A stretch of DNA of 64,000 nucleotides. Origin: Octopus vulgaris (taxonomy: Eukaryota). The DNA lies in contig OX597836.1 of NCBI GenBank assembly GCA_951406725.2, positions 18,724,001-18,788,000 on the forward strand, written 5' to 3'. Below the pieces are notes generated by a model, which saw nothing but the letters and a program-made list of their open reading frames with translations, searched no databases and was not told the origin of the DNA. This document shows positions 54,849 to 64,000 of this stretch, piece after piece. The first letter of the stretch is position 1; each line of letters starts with the position of its first letter. The translations under genes and the position numbers were made by a program.

Positions 54849-55155
54849 GTGCAACTGTGTGTGAAATATATGAAATGAAGACAGCGAAAGGTTGCGCAGT
54901 CATGTGACAGAGAGTCGTAAAGACAAACACTGCGCATGCGTTAGTGTCTTTCATTTCATCTTCTGAAACCGTTCTAGATTAATCGACAGAGAGTTTAGCA
55001 TAAAAAGAAAGAGTTAATTACAAACTGGATGAATTAGTCGTAATTTGCATAATTAAAAAATATATAATGAAATAAGGGGAAGTAACTGAAGTGGACCAAT
55101 GCTATGAATTTAAATAAATAAATAAATAAGACATAGACATAGGTGTGGTTGTGTG

Positions 55156-55355
55156 GCGGCGAGCTGGCAGAATCGTTAGCACGCCGGGCTAAATGCTTTG
55201 TGGTATTTCGTCCGCCGCTGCGTTCTGAGTTCAAATTCCGGGGTCGATAAATTAAGTACCAGTGATGCACTGGGGTCGATGCAATCGATTTAATACCTAT
55301 GTCTGTCCTTGTTTGTCCCCTCTATGTTTAGCCCCTTGTGGGTAGTAAAGAAATA
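55156..55355 (+). mobile_element. SINE family 1 tail B monomer with an internal deletion in the core
   Basis: AAATTCCG|GGTCGATAAA skips the GAGGTCGACTTTGCC segment. Confidence 0.88.
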
Positions 55356-55365
55356 AATAAGTAGC

Positions 55366-55746
55366 TAGCTTACCAGCTACGTGGTTCCGTGTTCAGACCC
55401 ACTTCGTGGCACCTTGGGCAAGTGTCTTCTACTATAGCCTTGGGCCGACCAAAGCCTTGTGAGTGGATTTGGTAGACGGAAACTGAAAGAAGCCCGTCGT
55501 ATATATGTATATATATATATATATATATATACATACGTATGTGTGCATATGTTTGTCCTCCCGCCAACATCGCTTGACAACCGATGCTGGTGTGTTTATG
55601 TCCCCGTAACTTAGCGGCTCAGCAAAAGCAACCGACAGAATAAGTACTTGGCTTACAAAGAATAAGTCCTGGGGTGGATTTGCTCAACTAAAGGCAGTGC
55701 TCCAGCATGGCCGCAATCAAATGACTGAAACAAGTAAAGAGTATAA
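55366..55746 (+). mobile_element. SINE family 2, near full length
   Basis: GGCACCTTGGGCAAGTGTCTTC core through the GAAACAAGTAAAGAG tail. The short GGTGTGGTTGTGTGG at ~55142 may be its displaced 5' end. Confidence 0.88.
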
Positions 55747-56021
55747 GGAATGCATATACTGAATTTTCATTCAGAAATTCCTGATCAATTTAATTTTGTT
55801 CACTGCTAACGAAGGTAAGACTTTCTCTTAAGTATGTTAATTAATTTGGCAAAATGAATTGTTAAGGCCTCACTTGGTGAAACGTACAGAAGTGGTGATT
55901 AAAAAAGATGAGGAAATGTCAGGTAAAAGAGCGGATGGGGGAGAAGATAATTGGGATTTAGATGAAAAGAAACTACCGTAAAGGTGGTGTTTTATACATA
56001 CATACATCGTGTGTGTGTGTA

Positions 56022-56101
<80 letters not shown>

Positions 56102-56116
56102 GGTGTGTTGGTATTA

Positions 56117-56388
56117 ACAATTGCAGCGTGGAAGGTGTTTATAAGCCATTTAAGAAACACAGAAAAACCGTTAGATTCACTTCAACATTTAAATTTAATT
56201 TGCCAAAATACTATCGTCGCTTTGAAACCGCGACCTGTTCACTGACAAAACTTCGTGTTGCATCTCAGATCGCGATTTCAAAGCGACGAAAATATTTTGG
56301 CAAATTAAATTTAAATGTTGAAGTGAATCTAACGGTTTTTGCGTGTTTCTTAAATGACTTGTACAAACACCTTCCACGCTGCAATTGT
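56117..56388. repeat. Long imperfect inverted repeat (~121-bp arms, 28-nt spacer), Penelope-like
   Basis: 56117-56237 versus 56266-56388 reverse complement; adjacent to (TG)n. Confidence 0.9.
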
Positions 56389-56675
56389 CTTCGTCCCAGC
56401 ACACGATCCCAGATCAGGTCACTTGCTATGCAAGTACATCTCCGTAATTCCTTCATATTAATTACTCATCAACTTTTTGTTCCTCCTACTGCTTTTGCTA
56501 TATTTATTATTGTTCTTGTTTTTTATGTTATTACTGTTGTTTTTGTTTTATTTTTGTTAATGCTGTTGTTGTTGTTGTTCTTGCTGCTGCTGCTGCTGCT
56601 ATATGTTGTTGTTATTGTTCCCTGTGTTGTACTAATTTTCCCACTGTTATTACACTAGTTAATAGTCTCTTAAAA

Positions 56676-58345
56676 TGGCGGCAACCCGGCAGAATTGTTG
56701 GCACGCCGGGCAAAAATGCTTAGGAGCATTTTGTCTGCCTTTACTTCTGAGTTCGAATGCAGACGAGATCAACTTTACCTTTTAACTATTCGAGGTCGAT
56801 ATAATAAGTAACAATTGAACACTGAAGTCGATCACATTGAATTAAACTCAAATGTCTAGCGGCGTTTCGTCTGTCGCTACGTTCAACTTTGCCTTTCATC
56901 CTTTCGGGGTCGATTAAATAAGTACCAGTTACGCACTGGGGTCGATATAATCGACTTAATCCGTTTGTCTGTCCTTGCTTGTCCTCTCTGTGTTTAGTCC
57001 CTTGTTAGTAATAAAAAAAATAGGTATTTCGTCTGTCGCTACGTTCTGACTTATTGAAGAATCAAAAGCATTTAATCGCGATCTTGCAATGGTATTTGTA
57101 GACTTTTCTAAAGCGTTCGATTCTGTAGATAGGTGACAAGATGTTTGAAATCCTTAAGCTCTATGGGATACCAGACAAAATCATTTCTGCCATCAAGGTC
57201 CTCTACACAGATACGTCTTCAACCATCTTAACCCCTGACGGAGAAACATCATCTTTCTCAATCAAAGCCGGAATACTGCAGGGAGACACACTCGCCCCAT
57301 TTCTTTTCATCATTGTTGTTGATTATGTGCTGCGTATGTCAGTTTATACCATCTCTGGCAAGGGCTTTGAAATAAAACCAAGAAGAAGTTCCAGACACTC
57401 AGCTGAGTACTTGACAGACACTGACTTTGCTGACGACATCGCTCTTATCAGTGATTCTCTCTCCAATGCACAGTCTCTTTTACAATCTCTTGAACAAGCC
57501 TCAAATTGTGTAGGTCTTTACCTCAATGAGGCCAAAACTGAATACATAAATAAGTGCCTGTCCAACAGTGATTGCATCATCCATACTCTCAACAATGCGC
57601 CCTTAAATATGGTTTCTGATTATAAATATCTTGGGTCATACATATCATCATCTGGAAAAGACTTTCTAACTAGAAAGGGTATGGCCTGGTCAGCCTGTAA
57701 TGACATGCATAAGATCTGGTCATCAAATCTAAGTAGAGACTTCAAACTTGAAATCTTCAAAGCCACAGTCGAACCAATTCTACTATATGGCTCAGAAACC
57801 TGGACGTTATCAAAGAAGCTTGAGAGGCGGTTGGATGGAACCTACACTCGCCTCCTTATGGGAGCTCAAAATCTCTCGTGGAAGCGCCATCCAACCAAAA
57901 TGCAAATATATGGGAAACTATCACCTGTGTCATCTCTTGTGAAAGGTAGGAGAGTCCAGTTTGCTGGACATTGTTGTAGAGCTGAAAAAGAAGTAATTTC
58001 TACTCTTCTCCTCTGGAAGCCATCTACTCGCAATAGCAGAGGGCGCACACTCTCCTACCCTGATGTAATCTCCAGGGATACAGGCATCCAGCAACAGGAC
58101 CTCCGTAATGCCATGATGGACCGTGAAGTCTGGCGTAGCATGGTAAATTCCATTGTCTCGACCACGGTCGAACAATGATGAATGATGATGACGTTCTGAG
58201 TTCAAATTCCGCCGAGGTCGACTTTACCTTTCATTGTTTCGGGGTCGATAAGTCGATAAGTACCAGTTGGACTCTGAGGTCGATGTAATTGACTATACCC
58301 CCTCCTACCAACTTTCTGGCCTTCTGCCAAAATTTGAAATCAATA
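56676..58345 (+). mobile_element. SINE family 1 multimer split by an RTE insertion
   Basis: Diverged head at 56676, tail-B unit ending ~57021, GGTATTTC junction; resumes at 58191 and ends in tail A. Confidence 0.8.
57050..58190 (+). mobile_element. RTE-clade LINE, 5'-truncated RT and C-terminus, (ATG)n tail, 9-bp TSD
   Basis: FVDFSKAFDSV, GILQGDTLAPFLF, DFADDIAL, YKYLGS, LLYGSETW, FAGHC. TSD ACGTTCTGA at 57041-57049 and 58191-58199. Confidence 0.96.
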
Positions 58346-58517
58346 TTCTTTCTTTTCTCATTAGCAATAATGTTTCCTCTTTTTCTCTTCTTTTCCAGTT
58401 TTTTTTTTACTCTTATAAAAAAAAATCTATTCTTTATTCCTTTCCAATCTTCATTTCTGGTTCACTTCTTTTTCTTCCTTTTCTTCTTCCTTTTTCAGTC
58501 ATTCCCTCTTCTTTTTC

Positions 58518-58595
<78 letters not shown>

Positions 58596-59273
58596 CCTCT
58601 CTATCTCTCACTCTCTTTTTCCATCTCACCGCTTCACTTAGTGTTATCGTTGCTGCTTCTGTCATGGTTCCAGTTGCTGCTCTCCTTCTTCTTCTTCTTC
58701 TTCTTCTTCTTCTTCTTCTTCTTCTTCTTCTACTACTACTACTACTACTACTACTACTATCTCTTCTATTTCATCTATTTTCCACCCCTTCTACCGTTTC
58801 TAATTCTTTTTCTTCCTTCTCCCCTTTCTTCTCCCTCCCTCTTCTTTTTCACCTTCATTCCTCTCTTCTTCTTTTCTTCTTTCTTAACTTCTTTTTTTTC
58901 ATTTTTCATTCATCTACCTGTCCTTCACCTTTTCTTCTCTTTTCTTCTCTTTTCTTCTCCATCTAATTTTTCTTCTTTATTCTCTTTTTTCATCTTCTGC
59001 TTCTATCTCCACTTTTTTTCTGCTTCTCCTTTTTCTTCTACCTCTTCTCCTACTTCTCCTCTTTCTTCTCCTTCTTCTTCTTCTTCCTTTTCTTCTTCTT
59101 ATGTAATCAGGTTACCCTCTCCCCCGAACTTTCTGGCCTTGTGGTAAAATTTGAAATCATCATCATCATCATCATTGTGATGATTATTATTATTATTATT
59201 ATTATTGTCATTATTATTATTATTATTATCATCATCATCATTATTATCATTATTAATATTATTTTTATTTTTA

Positions 59274-59310
<37 letters not shown>

Positions 59311-59378
59311 CATCATCATCATTATGATCATTATTAATATTATTTTTATTTTTATTATTATTATTATCATTATTATTA

Positions 59379-59433
<55 letters not shown>

Positions 59434-60666
59434 CATCATCATCATCATCATTATTATCATTATTAATATTATTATTATTTTTATTATTATTATTATATTT
59501 ATTACTATTATTATTATTATTATTTATTCATTTATTTATTTATTTACTTATTTATTCATTTTTTCTATTCCACTAATATATATTTAATTGTCTCTCTGTT
59601 ACGCTTTTTTATCATTTTTTTTTTTTCAATTCGCTTCTAACACATTGATCTTTATGTTAACGAGGTTCTTCACAGCTCCAAAAATGAAGTGTTTCTTGGC
59701 TAAGGAATTAAAAAAAAAGGAAAATTTAACTTTTAAGTATACGACTTCTACGACGACTAACTACTACCTCCACCCTCATTGCTATTACTACTACCACCTC
59801 CACCCTCATTGTTATTACTACTACCACCTCCAACCTCATTCCTATTACTACTACCATTTCCACCCTCATTGCTATTACTATACCACCTCCACCTTCATTG
59901 CTACTACTACAACTACTACTACAATCACCATTGCAACAATTGTGACTACTATCATAATTATTGCTACAAGTGATCTGAGACGGTTTGAAGTGTCTCCTCC
60001 CACCACAACCACTACCACTACTACTACTACCACTACTACTAGTAGTAACAGTAGCAGATGGTGTGTTGTTGTGTTTCCTGCTACTCTGGAAGCGCAAGAA
60101 CATTAGCAAGTCTAAGATGCCGACATTCACCACTTCAAAGTCTCGTTCACAACTCCAAAAGTCTAAGGGTCGAGGGTGGGCGGGCGTTCGGAAAGGATGT
60201 AACACTTCCATTCGTTCGTGTCTTCACAGTTCATCGAGTACCATAAGAGTTCTGAAGAGCAGGAGGAGCCGGAGACAGCGATGATGATGATGATAGTGGT
60301 GGTAGTGCTGACAGTAGCGGCGAAAGTAGTTGTGGTGGTGGTGGTGGTGGTGGTGGTGGTGGTGGTGGTGGTGGTGGTGGTGGTGGTGGTGGTGGTGGAG
60401 ACGACGGCAGTGGTGATCGTCGTGGCAGTAGTGATGGGGGTAATGGTTGAAGGGGTGCTTCTCCAATTATTGCACGTGAGCATTCAGAAAACTAAGAACA
60501 TTCGTGTTTTTACCGTTATAGTTGTTGTTGTTGTTGATGATGATGATCATGATCATGATGATCATGATCATGATGATGATGATCATGATGATGATGATCA
60601 TGATGATGATGTTTCACACTACTTCGGCTCTGATCCAGGATCGAGCCTTCCCATAGTTCTGACCTT

Positions 60667-60747
<81 letters not shown>

Positions 60748-60787
60748 AGTAATAAATGATCGTTTACCAACGTCGAAGTTTCAATTC

Positions 60788-60819
<32 letters not shown>

Positions 60820-60821
<2 letters not shown>

Positions 60822-61318
60822 GTTTCAAATTTTGGCTCAACGGCAGCAATTTCGGGGAGGGGATAAGTCGATTACGTCGACCCTTGTTCTCAACTGGTAC
60901 TTTATTGACCCCCGAAAGAATGAAAAGTAGAGTCACCTAGGCGGAATTTGAACTCAGAACGTAAAGACAGACAAAATGCTACAACTAAGTAACTTGTCTG
61001 CGTAACTGGTACTTATTTCATCGACCCCGAAAGTCGACCTCGGCGGAATTTGAACTCAGAACGTAACAGCAGACGAAATACCTATTTCTTTACTACCCAC
61101 AAGGGGCTAAACACGGAGAGGACAAACAAGGACAGACAAACGGATTAAGTCGATTATATCGACCCCTGTGCGTAACTGGTACTTATTTAATCCGCCCCCG
61201 AAGGGATGAAAGGCAAAGTCGACCTCGGGGGAATTTGAACTCAGAACGTAGCGGCAGACGAAATACTGTGAAGCATTTCGCCCGGTGTTCTAACGTTTCT
61301 GCCAGCTCGCCGCCTTAC
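60820..61318 (-). mobile_element. SINE family 1 multimer (head, tail-B unit, partial unit, tail-A unit)
   Basis: Head at ~61315, junction GACGAAATACC|TATTTCTTT at ~61082, tail A CCAAAATTTGAAACC at ~60821 followed by (ATT)n. Confidence 0.88.
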
Positions 61319-61836
61319 TAGAAGCTCAATATTAACAAAACTTGATTTCAAGGGAAATCTACAAGGTAAAATTTTGCCGAGCAAAACTAGCCAAACAATG
61401 ATCAGGTTTATTTCTGTCGACTGACTGAACATTTCTTACCGCCTCTAATGCTGAAGAGCTCCTTCTGAATCCATACAATATGCAGCATCTGATATGGGTC
61501 TGATCTAAACTCATTTTAAAGGCTAAAATCAATACGAGTTAATCAATGTCGTATAATCTGCAAAAAAGAAAATTGAATGTAAGAATTAATGTGCATATGC
61601 ATATATATATGTGCAAGTGTGTGTGTGTGCGTGCTTGCGTGTTTGTGTGTGCGTGCGTGCGTGTGTGTGTGTGTATGCATACATACAGCGAGAAAATAAG
61701 AGAAAGGAAATATGACAAAAAAAAGAAAGATAGAGAGATAGTGACAGATAAATAGACAGACAGACAGACAGTCAGACAGTTAGACAGACAGACAGACAGG
61801 CAGGCATTTACACAGACAGGCAGGCAGATAAAATAA

Positions 61837-61930
<94 letters not shown>

Positions 61931-61951
61931 TGATTGATTGATTGAGTGAGT

Positions 61952-62037
<86 letters not shown>

Positions 62038-62435
62038 CAGATTGTAAAAACAGACCGACAATGTTTAACCTACGTGCCGTTGCATTCAACATATGGGGCA
62101 TTGTTTTACAAGATCAAATGAAAAAGCAGACGACAGACAAATGACGTAAACAAGACGCGACTGAGCAAAACAAATATAATGTCAGGTTTGATAAATGATT
62201 AAAGGTAAGTGGACGATGGGAGGAGGAGGAGGAGGAAGGTAAGAGAAGGAGAAAAACGAAAGGAGGAGATACAAACTGTAATGAGAGAGTGAAAAGAAGA
62301 AGAGGAATGGTAAAGAAAAAAAGCGAGAACTAAATAAGATGACGCTGCATTCAGCAGACGACACTTTGTTTCACGTGATCAAATGGAAAGAGCAGACGAC
62401 AGACAGCACATCACAGCAACCAGCAGACGATGTAC

Positions 62436-62527
<92 letters not shown>

Positions 62528-63071
62528 GTATGTATGTATGTATGTATGTATGTATGTAGGTAGGTAGGTAGGTAGGTAGGTACGTACGTACGTACATACG
62601 TAGGTAGGTAGGTAGGTAGGTATATACATATGTATATAATTTGTCTGGTACATAAGGCGTATATAATCTATCATAATGTTAATTTCATTTCGATGTTGTG
62701 TTCCAGACTATGTTGGATTTCGATTTCGTGAGGCTCCGGGCTATCATAAAGCTTCAATTATCTTTTAACAAATAATACATAAGCCCTGTGACAAACTGAA
62801 ATCAAGCACCGTATTTTCCTGTGAATAATTCGACTTACCTTTATTTTCTGTAAATTTTGGTCACAAACATTTAACTTGTATGCTTTTCAATTACTTGGGA
62901 AGCCCCTTTAGTTTGTAAGACAGTCATCTGTAGTTGTTTAGCCTAACACTAAATCTGGCAACGGTTCCAGACACTCTTCTTCTTTAAGAGATCGTAACCA
63001 ACAAATGTTTCTCAATTTGCAAGACTTCAGATTATCAGCCAAGTGCGCAGTCAATCACATACGATGCAGTA

Positions 63072-63136
<65 letters not shown>

Positions 63137-63160
63137 ATCAGCAACAATTTAGATTCAAAT

Positions 63161-63199
<39 letters not shown>

Positions 63200-63203
<4 letters not shown>

Positions 63204-63700
63204 CGTATATTTGCCATTTGAATATGGCTAACCCCTAAGGGTGGATGCTACTGTAGTTTGTAGCCCCAGGAGGACACCTCCTCCAGCTGGCTATAGACAC
63301 ACTTTCTGTGCCCTATCAGTATTTGCAAAGGGAAGCCATCCTTCCCGTCTTCAACTTATGATATACACGGACTCGAGTTTCAGGGTATTGACCCGTCATC
63401 GGCGTGTAACAATCATAGTTGTCGATGAGAAGTCGGTTCCCTTCACAAATACATATACTTTTTCCAGTATTGATTGACACTGATATTGAAAAAGTAAAAT
63501 CAATGATAAATCTCAGAACGAGTTATAAACAGTAGCAGCAACATATCGTGACGTATATTTGCCATTTGAATATGGCTAACCCCTAAGGGTGGATGCTACA
63601 AACTACAGTAGCATCCACCCTTAGGGGTTAGCCATATTCAAATGGCAAATATACGTCACGATGTGTTGCTGCTACTGTTTATAACTCGCTGAGATTTATC

Positions 63701-63703
<3 letters not shown>
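63200..63703 (-). mobile_element. Penelope-like/retrozyme element: 348-bp unit, partial tandem repeat and inverted terminal copy, in (TA)n
   Basis: Direct repeat 63200-63251 = 63548-63599; palindrome arms 63502-63599 and 63608-63703; hammerhead inside the unit. Confidence 0.8.
63364..63408 (-). ncRNA. Type I hammerhead ribozyme motif (U4C variant)
   Basis: Minus strand TACACG-CCGATGA-C-GGGT-CAAT-ACCC-T-GAAAC-TCGA-GTC-CGTGTA: perfect 6-bp stem I, palindromic stem III, GUC site. Confidence 0.75.
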
Positions 63704-63796
<93 letters not shown>

Positions 63797-63922
63797 GCAT
63801 TTTTTATATCGTGTGTTGATATATATTTCGGAATATATATGCCATTTAGAATATCACTGAAGCAAAATAACACCAAATATATAGTGCGTGTGTTTTTATT
63901 GCTAAACTGCATATAATTCTAT

Positions 63923-63988
<66 letters not shown>

Positions 63989-64000
63989 GTGTATGTATGT

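Overview
Eukaryotic, extremely microsatellite- and retroposon-rich DNA. The SINE families and repeat density suggest an octopus/coleoid cephalopod genome (inferred from recall, not a database hit). I find one convincing host exon: 161 bp on + (3594-3754, AG/GT-bounded), encoding part of a SCYL2-like pseudokinase N-lobe and missed by the ORF track. The remaining ~60 kb looks like one giant intron. It holds three tRNA-derived SINE families, truncated LINEs (RTE, CR1, Dong/R4, L1/Tx1, possibly CRE), a Tc1/mariner relic, and Penelope-like non-coding elements with minimal hammerhead ribozyme motifs and long fold-back palindromes. Most notable: (1) a Tx1 LINE sitting in (GATA)n whose 3' end matches the tail of a SINE; (2) that SINE recurs as one head plus n x ~184-bp units with the same junction at five loci; (3) several hammerhead-bearing elements sit in (TA)n/(TG)n, including a 348-bp retrozyme-like unit. 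Almost all ORFs in the supplied track are microsatellite artefacts.
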